Assembly (NCBI RefSeq): GCF_021768455.1
Contig: NZ_JAIZVX010000002.1
Coordinates: 7,765-71,764 of the forward strand
Direction: 5' to 3'
Source of the DNA: Aquabacterium sp.
Lineage (GTDB): Bacteria > Pseudomonadota > Gammaproteobacteria > Burkholderiales > Burkholderiaceae_C
DNA length: 64,000 bases
Position numbers and translations under genes: made by a program. Shown here one piece after another: positions 22,349 to 32,789 of the stretch. The notes below the pieces were generated by a model that was not told the DNA's origin, ran no database searches, and saw only the letters and a program-made list of their open reading frames with translations. How positions within the stretch are numbered: position 1 is the stretch's first letter; every line of letters begins with the position of its first letter.

Positions 22349-25300
22349 TCACGCTACGGTGGGCTGACCTCCCTCGTTCAGCGGCAGGAACTCGCCATCG
22401 CCACTGACCAGCGCAGCCGAGACCTTGTCCCCAGGCTGCAGCGCCTGCACCGCGGCCACATAGCGTGCCATCTGCGCCTGGTAGGCCTGTGACTGCTGAG
22501 GGCTGTGGCTGAGCTTGTAGTCCAGCACCCACCAGTGACGGCCTTCGGGCGTGTCGAGCGCCACCAGGCGGTCGAGCCGGAGCACCTGGCCCTCGTGGTC
22601 CAAGGCGACCTCGTTGCCGGCCCAGGCGAGGGCATCTGGGTCCAGCCAGGTGCGCAGCTTGGGGCTGTGCAGCACCTGCCTGACCTTGCGCTCGGCCTCG
22701 GCCCAAAGCGATGCGGGCAGGCCGAGGGCCGCGGCAGCACGCTGCACGGCCTGGGCAATGCGTGTGTCGTTGCGCTGAGGCAGGGGCAGCGTGGTCAACC
22801 ATTCCAGGCTGCGGTGCACGGTCTGGCCCAGACGCTGGATGTCCGTCTGCTCGGGCGAAGCGTTCCGCCCGGCGCCGCCTTCCAGTCGAGGCTGCAGCGC
22901 GGGCAACACCTTGAGGCGGGTCTGGGCAGGCTCGCTGGGCAGCGGGCCATTGGGCGTGACGCGAGCCGGCGTCCAGGGGGATTCGGGATCGATCGCACCG
23001 GCACGATGCAGGCGCTGCCACCAGCTGCCCGGGTTGACACTGCGGGGGGCCGTGCGGCTGAAGACCAGTTCTTCGCGCGCCCGTGTCAGGGCCACGTAGA
23101 GGGCGTTGAGCTCCTCCCGTGCATCGGCCTCCTGTTCTGAGGCCATGGCGGCGGCGAGGCTGGGCGGCGGCTTGCTTTCCGATTGCACGAAGGCACAGCG
23201 AAGCGGCCGCGACTCGCTTTCGGGCCAATCCACGAGCAAGGTATAGCTGTCGGAACGGCCGGCGTTGGCATCGGTGTCGACCATGAAGACGACCTTGGCC
23301 TCCAGCCCCTTGGCGCCATGAATCGTCAGCAGCTGCACGGCCCCGGCCTGACTGCGCGATGGAAGGGGCTCGGTCAGGCGTTTGAGTGCGCGCACAAACC
23401 GGTAGGGGGTGGCGTCACGCCCCGAATCCATTGAGAGGCTCTGACTCAGCAGCGCGTCCACATGGCCCAGGCTCTGGACGCGCCGGCCAGCAGGCACCAC
23501 GGCGACCAGGCGGGCTCGCAGGTCCCCCTCGCTCACGATGCGCTCCAGGAGGTCGTGCGGCGGTGACACCTCGGCCATGGCCTGCCAGCGCTGCAACAGC
23601 GTGGCCGCCCGGGTCAGCGCGGCCGAAGGTGGGGTGTCGCATTGACCCTGTTCGGCCTGGCGGCACCAGGCCATGAGCGTGTCCCACCAGCTGCGGCCGT
23701 CCAGCCGGGCCACCAATGCCATGAGATCGGCATCGTTGGCGCCAAACAATGGGCTCTTGAGCGCGTGGGCCAGGGCGAGGTCGTGCTGGGGCGAGACCAG
23801 CGCGTCCAGTACAGCCAGGAGGTCACGCACCTCGGGCGTCTCGGTCAGCAGGGTGTTTTCAGGCGCCACATGGGGGATGCCAAGGGCATCCAGCGCATCG
23901 GCCACCAAGGCCAGGGTGGCACGCCGGCGGGCCAGCACCTGGATGTCGTCCGGGGCCAGGTCGCCCTGCGCCAATCGCTCGGCAATGGCGGCGGCCACCA
24001 GCGCGGCCTCGTGCTCCTTCACGCCGGTCTCCAGCGAAACCCGGGGCGTCTGCAGGCTGTCCCGCCAGGCGGCGCCCTGCTCGGTCGATTTGGCCGGGGT
24101 CGTGGGCGTGGGCAACACGCGGATCCGAGCCTGCTCGGTCGACTCGGTTGTGTGTGGCCTGAAGCCGGGGAAGGCCCCCTCGTCGTGCGCCTGGCCCATG
24201 ACCTGGTTGAGCGCCTCGATCACGCCGGGCGCATTGCGGCGGGTGTGGTCACAGGCGAGCAGCGCGCCATCGAGTGCGTCGATCACGAAGCCCTTGGCCG
24301 CCTCGAACACCCGCGGATCGGCCCGGCGGAAGCGGTAGATGCTCTGCTTTGGGTCCCCCACCAGAAAGACCTGGATGGGCTGGCGACCACTGAGCCCGCC
24401 CCCCGCGCCGGCATAGGCCGATAGCCAGGACTTCAGCGTCTGCCATTGCAGGGGGCTGGTGTCCTGGAACTCGTCCATCAGCAACTGGCGCACCTGGCTG
24501 TCCAGCCGCTCCTGCACCCAGCCCGAAAGCTGTTCGTCACCCAGCAAACGTGCTGCGGCAAGCTCCAGGTCGACCATGTCGGCCTGCCCCCGTTCGGCCT
24601 TCAGCCGCGCGTACTCGGCATACAGGACGCGCGCCAGACCCGCCATCTGGCGGTGCAGCCGGTGGCCATCGCGCTGAGCCTGGGCCTGCTTGAAGCCGAC
24701 CAGCCAATCCTGCGCCCAGGCCAGCTCGTCGCTGTCCCCCAGTTTCTTTTTTGGCGTGCCGGTGGCCGTCAAGAGCGCCGACACCAGGCCTTGCGCCTGC
24801 GCAGCCAGGGAGGCCTGCCCCATGGCGGCTTCCATCTCGGCCCCGGCCTTGGAGGCCAGCGCGCCCTTGCTCCCACCCAGGGTCTTGGCCAGCGCCAGAA
24901 AACGTTCTCGCAGACCTGGCGCCAGCAACGCTTCGCCAGGATCTTCCACATCGGCCCAGGCGGGCGACCATTCGGACAGCGGCTGCACGCCCCCATCCAG
25001 GCGGCCAGCCTGGTCGGCCAAGGTGATTTCCAGGCGGTTGTCGAGCGCCTTCTGCAGCCAGGCCTCGACGCTGTGTCGGCCCAGATCGGCAAACAGCGCG
25101 GTCACATGGCTCACCTCGTCGGGCACAGCCTCGCCATCGCGACGCGCCTGCTGCGCCATGGCGTCGATGCGCTTGAGGAAGCGCCCCCACAACTCGGGCC
25201 AGAGTTCGCTGGTGTCTTCGATCAGCTGGAGTTCGGGGGGGAGTGAGAGTTCAGTCAGCACGTCCAGCGGCGCGGCCTTCACCAGGCGCGAAAACCAACC

Positions 25301-25699
25301 GTGGATGGTGTGGATGTCGACACCCCGCCCTGCTTCCAGCCACTCCCCGTGCAGGGCCGCCAGGCGCGGCACCAGCTCGGCCACGCGCTCAGGCGGCACA
25401 CCGCGTAGCCGCAGTTCGGTGGCGCGCTGCGCATCGCTGGTGTGGGCAAACTCGCGCAGCCAGCCGTGCAAGCGCTCGCGCATCTCCCCGGCCGCCTTCT
25501 TGGTGAAGGTGATGGCCAGGATCTGGTGGGCTGGCACCCCATCCAGCAGCGCCCGCAGGATGCGCGACACCAGCATCCACGTCTTGCCCGCGCCCGCACA
25601 GGCCTCGACGACCACACTGCGTTGCGGATCGCAAGCCACTTCGTAAAAACGCTCGCGGGGGGCCAGCTGCCCGTTGATTTCGTAGGCGGCCTGGTTCAT
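22349..25699 (-). CDS. addA: UvrD-type helicase/nuclease, AddA-like subunit
   Basis: ACAGAGKT, ITFTKKAA, DEFQDT, VGDPKQSIYRFRRA, TIHGAKGLE, YVALTRA and C-terminal RLDRLV...LDYK nuclease motif. Confidence 0.9.
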   Translation of the reverse strand: MNQAAYEINGQLAPRERFYEVACDPQRSVVVEACAGAGKTWMLVSRILRALLDGVPAHQILAITFTKKAAGEMRERLHGWLREFAHTSDAQRATELRLRGVPPERVAELVPRLAALHGEWLEAGRGVDIHTIHGWFSRLVKAAPLDVLTELSLPPELQLIEDTSELWPELWGRFLKRIDAMAQQARRDGEAVPDEVSHVTALFADLGRHSVEAWLQKALDNRLEITLADQAGRLDGGVQPLSEWSPAWADVEDPGEALLAPGLRERFLALAKTLGGSKGALASKAGAEMEAAMGQASLAAQAQGLVSALLTATGTPKKKLGDSDELAWAQDWLVGFKQAQAQRDGHRLHRQMAGLARVLYAEYARLKAERGQADMVDLELAAARLLGDEQLSGWVQERLDSQVRQLLMDEFQDTSPLQWQTLKSWLSAYAGAGGGLSGRQPIQVFLVGDPKQSIYRFRRADPRVFEAAKGFVIDALDGALLACDHTRRNAPGVIEALNQVMGQAHDEGAFPGFRPHTTESTEQARIRVLPTPTTPAKSTEQGAAWRDSLQTPRVSLETGVKEHEAALVAAAIAERLAQGDLAPDDIQVLARRRATLALVADALDALGIPHVAPENTLLTETPEVRDLLAVLDALVSPQHDLALAHALKSPLFGANDADLMALVARLDGRSWWDTLMAWCRQAEQGQCDTPPSAALTRAATLLQRWQAMAEVSPPHDLLERIVSEGDLRARLVAVVPAGRRVQSLGHVDALLSQSLSMDSGRDATPYRFVRALKRLTEPLPSRSQAGAVQLLTIHGAKGLEAKVVFMVDTDANAGRSDSYTLLVDWPESESRPLRCAFVQSESKPPPSLAAAMASEQEADAREELNALYVALTRAREELVFSRTAPRSVNPGSWWQRLHRAGAIDPESPWTPARVTPNGPLPSEPAQTRLKVLPALQPRLEGGAGRNASPEQTDIQRLGQTVHRSLEWLTTLPLPQRNDTRIAQAVQRAAAALGLPASLWAEAERKVRQVLHSPKLRTWLDPDALAWAGNEVALDHEGQVLRLDRLVALDTPEGRHWWVLDYKLSHSPQQSQAYQAQMARYVAAVQALQPGDKVSAALVSGDGEFLPLNEGGQPTVA

Positions 25700-28581
25700 G
25701 CCGTGGGTCCTTCTTCAGTGGGGGCGGCATCCGTCTGCCGGTGGGGCGGCCAATGGTCCTTGCGGCACAGGCCGCGCGCCTGGCACCAGGAACAGGCCAC
25801 GCCTTCGCCCAGGGCAGGCATGGCGGCGCCTGCGTGCAGCCTGCGCCAGTCGTCGCTCAGGCCCTCGACCAGCGCCTGCGCCGCGTCCATCACCTCGTCC
25901 TGCGCCAACAGGGTCACGGCTTTGGGCTCCAGATGCAGGTACGCGGCCTGCAGCTTGGCGTCAGCGGGTGCCGTCGCGTCGCCCAGGTCCAGCGCCGCAT
26001 AAAACGCCAGCTGCGTGTCTTCCAAAGGCTTCTTGACCTTGTCCTTGAGCGTGCCCAGGCTGCCGGTCTTGTAGTCCAGTACAAAGCGGGTTTCCTGGCC
26101 TTGACGGTGTTGCACGTCCACCCGATCCAGTTGCCCCTGCAGACTGAGCTGCAGGCCTGCGCCCAGGTCGAGCCCACGCTCACGCTTGACCTCGGTGTCC
26201 CGCACCGACCACCCCTCTGCCTCGTGCGGCCGCAGCCAGCCCACATAGGCCTGGGCCAGGCGCGGCAAGCCAGCCTGGAAGGGCAGGAACCAGGGGCGCT
26301 GCCCGTCGCGGTCCATGCCCGTGCTGCGGCACACCTCGGTGGCAGCGTCAAGCCAGGCCGCCACGTCCTGCGCCTCGTCACTCAGCGCCGTCTGCATCCC
26401 CCGGCGATCGTGGAAGAGCTTGAGCACCTCGTGCAGCCAGTTGCCGAAGTCCGAGCGGTCCAGCCCCTCCTCCAGCTCATCGACATCCCGCAGCCGCAAC
26501 AAGGTTGCCGCGAAAAAACGGTAGGGACACTGCCGCAGCTGCTCGTAGGACGTCGCCGAGATGCTCGCAGGCAGGCCCAATGGCGCCCCCGTCAGCTGCG
26601 GCAACGGGGGTGTGCTTGGTGCCACGTCAACCGCCCTCTCGGGCCGCGCGTCCAGTCGTGCCGCCACCGCCGTGCCCGACAGCCCCGCCCAGCGCTCCAG
26701 CCAGGCACTCGGCTCAAGTGGTTCACTGCCCTGCCCTTGTCGATACAGACAGACCACGTCGGGCCGGCTCATCAGCAGGGCAAAGGCTTCCCACTGGGCC
26801 GCACGCAGGCTCAACGGCGTGCCCAGCCCCATCTGTTCGCACAGGCCGGCACTCAACCAGCCCGAGGCACTGCCCAGGGCACCGAGCTGGCGCTCGTCGG
26901 CACCAGGCAGCACGATGGCATGGAAGGGGCGCAGGACCGCGCGCGCCAGCGGCGTGATCACCACGTCCACGCTGCCTTCGGGGGCTGCCGGCCGGAAGGT
27001 GGTCGCTTCCAGCACCGCATTGACCCAGCGCAGAAAGCCCTGCCCGTCCAGCATCGTGCCCTGCGAAAGCGGCACCCAGGCGCCGCCCTCCCCTTCGTCG
27101 ACCTGGTCCAGCTTCAGGGCCGTCCAGGCCAGTTCGCCGGCCGGGTCCGACAGCAGCTGGGCCGCAGCGCCCCCAGCCTCCAGCGCCGCACGGGTGGCCC
27201 GCAGCCATTCCCGCAAGCTGGCGCGGGCTTTTTGCCACAAAGTCTGCAAAGGGGTGGCCACGTCGGTCGCCCAGCGCAGCAAGGTCTCCGCCGGCGGCGG
27301 CACCACCCAGGATGGCGCGCCCGAGGTGGCCTCTGTTGCACCCGCCGCGGCGGGCAACAAGCCCCATGCCGACATCAACCCGCGCCGCCTGCACCAGGCC
27401 TCCAGCACGCCGCAGGCGAACCCCGAGGCTGGCCCCAGGTCTTCGGGGCCTTGCAGCCAGCCCGACTTCAACCAGTCCAGCAATTCGTCCGTGCTGGCCC
27501 GCGGGTGCGAAGCCTGGATCAGCCGCGTCACCACCGTCGCCGCCCGAGTGGTCGACAGCCGCCAGCCCGTTTCGTCCGCCACCGTGGCACCGGCCCCCTC
27601 CAGCAAGGCCCTGGCCCGCCGGATCAGGCTGCGGTCCAGGGCGATCAGGGCCACAGGCGCACCGCCCACGGCCCGCGCCGCATTGACCGCCTGCAGAACC
27701 TGGGCTGTGGCCTGCTGGGCCTCGTCCTCCGCGTCGCCGCAGGCGACCAGCACCGGGGCACGACCGGATTCGTGCCCCCCCGTCCACGCCGGCATGGCGG
27801 CACACCACCACACCGCCTGCCCCAGCGCCTTCGCGTGGCGCAGCACGGCCAGCATCAGGGCGGCTTCCGTCCCCGGAGAGACCTGCTCGCCCGCGGTCAC
27901 GCCCACCCAGGCCGAAGGCCGTCTCAGGTAAAGCAGGTCGCTGGCCCAGCCCGTCTGTCCGGCCTGCAGGGACCACTCCAGGGCCCAGGCCAGCAAAACC
28001 CGCTCACGCCCGCCTGGGCCTTGTGCAAACTGCCCGGCCTTGGCCGAGGCTTGCAGCGCCTCTCGGGCGTCGTCACCGTAGGCGGCCCGCTCGGCAGGCG
28101 GCATGGCCTGCTGACGCCGCGCCCACGCATGGGCGGCGGCCACGATCTGGTCCAATGCAAACTCGAACCCTCGGCGGTCGCGACGAGCCCACTGCTGGCC
28201 CCAGGCTTCCTGCCCCAAGGCCCGGGCCGCCTGCAGCCGGTCCAGCACCGGGTCCATGCTCAAGGGCGGAAAGGCGCCAGCCTCCTCGGCAGCGGGCTGC
28301 CAGGCCCAGGCCTGGTCTTCGGCCAGGGCCGCGATGGTGTCGATGCGGGGCTGCCAGCCTCCCACGGCCCGGGTCCAGGCCATGCGTGCCTGCGAGAGCA
28401 CGGCCCCCACCGGCAGAACAACCAGCGCCTCCCTCGGGTCTGCGCCCTGTTCGGACAGCACCTCGGCCAATCGCCTGGCCCACTGCTCCCAAAGCGCGTC
28501 CGTCTGGCCCTCGGGGCCCCATGCCCAATGCTCAGGCTGCAAGGAAAGGTCGGACTCAGAGGTTCCGGCTATGAAGGTCAT
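25696..28581 (-). CDS. addB: PD-(D/E)XK nuclease, AddB-like subunit
   Basis: CPYRFF, GQLDRVD, LDYKTG, QLAFY and C-terminal CSWCQARGLC Fe-S staple; overlaps addA by 4 bp. Start placed at MTFIA (28581) because the longer ORF overlaps trxA. Confidence 0.85.
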   Translation of the reverse strand: MTFIAGTSESDLSLQPEHWAWGPEGQTDALWEQWARRLAEVLSEQGADPREALVVLPVGAVLSQARMAWTRAVGGWQPRIDTIAALAEDQAWAWQPAAEEAGAFPPLSMDPVLDRLQAARALGQEAWGQQWARRDRRGFEFALDQIVAAAHAWARRQQAMPPAERAAYGDDAREALQASAKAGQFAQGPGGRERVLLAWALEWSLQAGQTGWASDLLYLRRPSAWVGVTAGEQVSPGTEAALMLAVLRHAKALGQAVWWCAAMPAWTGGHESGRAPVLVACGDAEDEAQQATAQVLQAVNAARAVGGAPVALIALDRSLIRRARALLEGAGATVADETGWRLSTTRAATVVTRLIQASHPRASTDELLDWLKSGWLQGPEDLGPASGFACGVLEAWCRRRGLMSAWGLLPAAAGATEATSGAPSWVVPPPAETLLRWATDVATPLQTLWQKARASLREWLRATRAALEAGGAAAQLLSDPAGELAWTALKLDQVDEGEGGAWVPLSQGTMLDGQGFLRWVNAVLEATTFRPAAPEGSVDVVITPLARAVLRPFHAIVLPGADERQLGALGSASGWLSAGLCEQMGLGTPLSLRAAQWEAFALLMSRPDVVCLYRQGQGSEPLEPSAWLERWAGLSGTAVAARLDARPERAVDVAPSTPPLPQLTGAPLGLPASISATSYEQLRQCPYRFFAATLLRLRDVDELEEGLDRSDFGNWLHEVLKLFHDRRGMQTALSDEAQDVAAWLDAATEVCRSTGMDRDGQRPWFLPFQAGLPRLAQAYVGWLRPHEAEGWSVRDTEVKRERGLDLGAGLQLSLQGQLDRVDVQHRQGQETRFVLDYKTGSLGTLKDKVKKPLEDTQLAFYAALDLGDATAPADAKLQAAYLHLEPKAVTLLAQDEVMDAAQALVEGLSDDWRRLHAGAAMPALGEGVACSWCQARGLCRKDHWPPHRQTDAAPTEEGPTA

Positions 28582-28701
28582 TGAATAAGGTCTCTTGTGG
28601 CGGCGCCGGCCGTCCGCATCTTCTGTGTCAGAATCTTTGCATCCCTGCCGGGATTGCGGCCCATGTGGTGTGGCCCGCCCGGTATCTTGAAGGATAGTTC
28701 C

Positions 28702-29031
28702 ATGAGCAGCGACCTGATCAAACACATTTCCGACGCCTCCTTCGACGCCGACGTCCTTCAATCCGCCGAGCCCGTGCTGGTGGATTATTGGGCGGAATGG
28801 TGCGGCCCTTGCAAGATGATCGCCCCCATCCTCGACGAAGTCGCCAAGGACTACAGCGGTCGCCTCAACATCGCCAAAATGAACGTCGACCAGAACCGCG
28901 ACGTGCCCGCCAAGTTCGGCATCCGTGGCATCCCCACGCTGATGATCTTCAAGGGTGGCCAACTGGCTGCCACGAAGGTCGGCGCGCTGTCCAAGGCCCA
29001 GCTGACGGCCTTCATCGACGGCAACCTTTGA
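28702..29031 (+). CDS. trxA: Thioredoxin 1
   Basis: [13 protein letters not shown] active site; precedes rho. Confidence 0.98.
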   Translation: MSSDLIKHISDASFDADVLQSAEPVLVDYWAEWCGPCKMIAPILDEVAKDYSGRLNIAKMNVDQNRDVPAKFGIRGIPTLMIFKGGQLAATKVGALSKAQLTAFIDGNL

Positions 29032-29035
29032 GATG

Positions 29036-29069
29036 ACGGGGCTTGATGCCCCGTTTTCCTACCTATAAT
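29036..29069 (+). terminator. trxA terminator hairpin overlapping a probable rho promoter (-10 TATAAT at 29064-29069)
   Basis: ACGGGGC-TTGAT-GCCCCGT-TTT followed by TATAAT. Confidence 0.6.
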
Positions 29070-29311
29070 GCGTTCGCCTGCTGACATGATTCGGCAGGTG
29101 TTCGCCAAACCCGCTGGCCCAACCAGCGGCTGGTGAATCAGGCACAGGCGGTCACCCCGCTCTCGCTGCCCGGTCACCCCGGCAAACCCACGGCCACCAC
29201 CGGCCTCACGGCCTGTTGTCCTCCCCACCACCCACGATTCATTCACCCGCTTGATCCGGCGCCCATTCGGGTTGCGGCCAACCAGGCTGGTTTCGTTCAG
29301 GGTTCCATTCC

Positions 29312-30577
29312 ATGCACCTGTCAGAACTGAAGGCACTGCACATCTCGAAACTCGTCGAGATGGCCGAAGGCCTCGAAATCGAGAACGTCTCTCGCATGCG
29401 CAAGCAGGAGTTGATGTTCGCCATCATGAAGAAGCGCGCCAAGGCGGGCGAGCAGGTCTTTGGCGACGGCGTCCTCGAAGTGCTGCCGGACGGCTTCGGC
29501 TTCCTGCGCGCGCTCGACATGAGCTTCCTCGCCAGCACCGACGACATCTACCTGTCGCCCAGCCAGGTTCGCCGCTTCAATCTGCACACCGGCGACATGA
29601 TCGAAGGTGAAGTGCGCGTGCCCAAGGACGGCGAGCGCTACTTTGCCCTGGTCAAGGTCGACACCGTCAACGGCATCCCGGCCGAGGTCAACAAGACCAA
29701 GCTGATGTTCGAGAACCTGACGCCGCTCTTCCCCGAAGAGCAGTTCAAGCTCGAGCGCGACAACGTCAAGGGCGACGACAACGTCACCAGCCGCATCATC
29801 GACCTGATCGCGCCCATCGGCAAAGGCCAGCGCGCCTTGCTCGTGGCCCCGCCCAAGAGCGGCAAGACGGTCATGCTCAAGAACCTGGCGCACGCCCTGG
29901 TGGCCAACCACCCCGACGTGCACCTGATCATGCTGCTGGTCGACGAGCGTCCGGAAGAAGTGACCGAGATGCAGCGCACCGTGCGCGGCGAGGTCATCTC
30001 CTCCACCTTCGACGAACCGGCCCAGCGCCACGTGCAGGTCGCCGAAATGGTGATCGAGCGCGCCAAGCGCCTCGTCGAACTCAAGAAGGACGTGGTGATC
30101 CTGCTCGACTCGATCACCCGTTTGGCCCGCGCCTACAACAACGTCCTGCCCTCCTCGGGCAAGGTGCTGTCGGGCGGCGTGGACTCCAACGCCCTGCAAC
30201 GTCCCAAGCGCTTCTTCGGCGCGGCCCGCAACGTCGAAGAAGGGGGCTCGCTCACCATCATCGGCACCGCCCTGGTCGACACCGGCAGCCGCATGGACGA
30301 AGTGATCTACGAAGAGTTCAAGGGCACCGGCAACTGCGAGATCCACCTGGATCGCCGCATGGCCGAAAAGCGTGTCTACCCTTCGATCCTGATCAACAAG
30401 TCGGGCACGCGCCGCGAAGAGCTGCTGCTGAAGTCGGACATCCTGCAAAAGAGCTGGATCCTGCGCAAGCTGCTCTACCCGATGGACGAGATCGAGGCGA
30501 TGGAATTCGTGCTCGACAAGATGCGCTCAACGAAGAACAACCACGATTTCTTCGACATGATGCGCCGGGGTGGTTGA
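29312..30577 (+). CDS. rho: Transcription termination factor Rho
   Basis: [41 protein letters not shown]. Confidence 0.99.
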   Translation: MHLSELKALHISKLVEMAEGLEIENVSRMRKQELMFAIMKKRAKAGEQVFGDGVLEVLPDGFGFLRALDMSFLASTDDIYLSPSQVRRFNLHTGDMIEGEVRVPKDGERYFALVKVDTVNGIPAEVNKTKLMFENLTPLFPEEQFKLERDNVKGDDNVTSRIIDLIAPIGKGQRALLVAPPKSGKTVMLKNLAHALVANHPDVHLIMLLVDERPEEVTEMQRTVRGEVISSTFDEPAQRHVQVAEMVIERAKRLVELKKDVVILLDSITRLARAYNNVLPSSGKVLSGGVDSNALQRPKRFFGAARNVEEGGSLTIIGTALVDTGSRMDEVIYEEFKGTGNCEIHLDRRMAEKRVYPSILINKSGTRREELLLKSDILQKSWILRKLLYPMDEIEAMEFVLDKMRSTKNNHDFFDMMRRGG

Positions 30578-30709
30578 CCTGCCCCACAGGGGCCCTGCAA
30601 GCCAGGGCTCCCATGCTATACTCCAAGGTTTTCCGGCTGTCGGAAAGTGCCCCACACGGTGTGAGGTGGCTCCCGATGATGCACATTGCAAACAGCAAGA
30701 GGTTTTGAC

Positions 30710-30967
30710 ATGCCCAAACAAGGTATCCACCCCAACTACCGCGAAGTGGTGTTCCTGGACCAATCGAACGGCTTCAAGTTCGTGACGCGTTCCTGCGCTC
30801 CCACCAAGGAATCCATCAAGCTCGAAGACGGCCGTGAACTGCCGCTGTTCAAGCTGGAAACCTCTTCCGAATCGCACGCCTTCTACACCGGCACCCAAAA
30901 GTCGGTGGACTCCCTGGGCGGCCGTGTGGAAAAGTTCCGCACCAAGTTCGCTCAGTTCCGCAAGTAA
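30710..30967 (+). CDS. rpmE2: 50S ribosomal protein L31, type B (zinc-independent)
   Basis: [15 protein letters not shown]...SESHAFYTG...GRVEKF, with no CxxC motifs; extended -10 TGCTATACT upstream. Confidence 0.95.
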   Translation: MPKQGIHPNYREVVFLDQSNGFKFVTRSCAPTKESIKLEDGRELPLFKLETSSESHAFYTGTQKSVDSLGGRVEKFRTKFAQFRK

Positions 30968-31016
30968 TCAGGACGCGGGCCTCGCATGGCTTGGCCCGCT
31001 TGATGAACGTCATCCG

Positions 31017-31041
31017 AAAGGGCAGCTCAGGCTGCCCTTTT
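31017..31041 (+). terminator. Intrinsic terminator after rpmE2
   Basis: AAAGGGCAGC-TCAG-GCTGCCCTTTT. Confidence 0.8.
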
Positions 31042-31082
31042 GCATTGTTGCCACCGTGGTGGCCCACGTCTTCACGCACCGC

Positions 31083-32780
31083 ATGAGCAGCCCATCGGCC
31101 CCAGTGATCTCCCCTGCCCTCGTGACGCAAAAAGCGGTTCAGCGCCTGCCGCGCTGGGCGCTGTTGCTCTTTTGTGCGGCCTATGTGATCCCTGGCCTGT
31201 TGGGGCGCGACCCCTGGAAGAACGAAGACATCGCGTCCTTCGGACAGATGTGGAGCCTGGCCCTGGGACAGGCATCGTGGCTGCAGCCCCATGTGGGCGG
31301 CGTGGTGCCCACCTCAGGCGGCATCCTGCCGTACTGGCTGGGTGGCGGCGCCATCTGGCTCCTGAGCCCGCTGCTGGATCCGGCCCTGGCCGCCCGCATC
31401 CCCTTTGCCTTGCTCCTGTGTGCGATCCTCGCGCTCACCTGGTACACGACCTACCACCTGGCTCGCACCGAGGCCGCACAGCCCCTGCCCCTGGCTTTTG
31501 GTGGCGAGGCCCTGCCACACGATTACGCGCGGGCCGTGGCCGATGGTGCCCTGCTGGCCCTGATCGCCAGCCTGGGCCTGCTACAACTGGGGCACGAGAC
31601 CACGCCAGAGTTGCTCCAACTGGCGGGCAGCACCCTCTTCCTCTACAGCCTGGCCGGTGCGACCTTCGTGCCGGGCAAGGCCCGCGCGGCCGCACTGACC
31701 AGTCTGCCGGTGATGGCCGCCAGTGGCAGCCCCACCGTGGCACTCATGCTGGGGGCGCTGGGCACCCTCGTCTGCCTGCGCTCACGTCACGAGGGCATGC
31801 GTGTGCACGTTCGCTGGATTCTGGTCAGCACCCTGATGGCAGCGGGCCTGGCGACCGCGCTCACCCTGGCCGGTCTGTCGGGCTGGACTCAGCGCCTGGA
31901 CGCCCCCGACGGCATCCAGCCCGTCCTGAAGCTCATCACCTGGTTCACCTGGCCGGTCCTGCCGCTGGCCGCCCTGACCGTCTGGCACTGGCGTCGCCAG
32001 GTCATGCGCCGCCACATCGCCTTGCCGCTGCTGACGGCGGTGGTGGGCGTGCTGGCCTGTGTCGGCATGGGCGGCAACGAACGGGCGCTGCTCGAGTGCC
32101 TGCCCGCCCTGGCCGTGCTGGCTGCATTTGCCCTGCCCATCCTGCAGCGCAGCCTGGGTTCTGCCATCGACTGGTTTTCGGTCTTTTTCTTCAGCAGCTG
32201 TGCCGCTGGCATCTGGCTGATCTACGGCGCCATGCACACGGGCAAGCCACTCAAGGTGGCTGCCAACGTGGCCAAGCTGGTGCCCGGTTACCAGGCCGTG
32301 TTTTCGCCCACGGCGCTGGTGCTGGCGGTGATCGGCACCGTGCTTTGGCTGGGCCTCGTGCGCTGGCGCACAGCCCGCCAGGCGCATGCACTCTGGAAGA
32401 GCCTGGTGCTGCCTGCGGGCGGCGTGGCCCTCTGCTGGTTATTGTTCATGACCCTGTGGCTGCCCTTGCTGGACCAGGCCAAGAGCTACCGCCTGCTGCT
32501 GAGCCGATTGGAGCCCCATTTGCCCACGGGCGAATGCGTTTATGCGCCGGGCGCGCCAGTCGGGTTGCTGACCGCCCTCGAGTACTTTGGCCGCTACCAG
32601 GTCAAGGGCGTGGACGCTGGCCAGGACCCTGATCTGTCGCCGTGCGCCACGATGCTGCTGCGCATCCCTGCACACCGCCCCAGCCCAGCCGTGGAGGGCT
32701 GGCGCTGGACGGGCACCTACAACCAGCGCACCCACAACTCCGAGCAGATTGCGGTGTACCAGCGTCTGCGTCGCCCCTGA
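31083..32780 (+). CDS. Polytopic membrane protein, ArnT/GT-C glycosyltransferase-like
   Basis: First TM helix followed by GRDPWKNED loop, many TM helices and C-terminal KSY motif; typical Burkholderiales gene after rpmE. Confidence 0.7.
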   Translation: MSSPSAPVISPALVTQKAVQRLPRWALLLFCAAYVIPGLLGRDPWKNEDIASFGQMWSLALGQASWLQPHVGGVVPTSGGILPYWLGGGAIWLLSPLLDPALAARIPFALLLCAILALTWYTTYHLARTEAAQPLPLAFGGEALPHDYARAVADGALLALIASLGLLQLGHETTPELLQLAGSTLFLYSLAGATFVPGKARAAALTSLPVMAASGSPTVALMLGALGTLVCLRSRHEGMRVHVRWILVSTLMAAGLATALTLAGLSGWTQRLDAPDGIQPVLKLITWFTWPVLPLAALTVWHWRRQVMRRHIALPLLTAVVGVLACVGMGGNERALLECLPALAVLAAFALPILQRSLGSAIDWFSVFFFSSCAAGIWLIYGAMHTGKPLKVAANVAKLVPGYQAVFSPTALVLAVIGTVLWLGLVRWRTARQAHALWKSLVLPAGGVALCWLLFMTLWLPLLDQAKSYRLLLSRLEPHLPTGECVYAPGAPVGLLTALEYFGRYQVKGVDAGQDPDLSPCATMLLRIPAHRPSPAVEGWRWTGTYNQRTHNSEQIAVYQRLRRP

Positions 32781-32789
32781 GGGCCTCGT

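Noticed and set aside
22349-28581. Helicase plus PD-(D/E)XK nuclease pair as a novel defence system
   Set aside because: Motifs, Fe-S staple cysteines and position divergent from trxA-rho fit the housekeeping AddAB-type recombination complex.
28582-28962. Apparent N-terminal extension of AddB overlapping trxA (similar extensions on mltG, relA, tesA, ArnT-like and CNNM ORFs)
   Set aside because: Artefacts of longest-ORF calling; downstream starts remove the overlaps.
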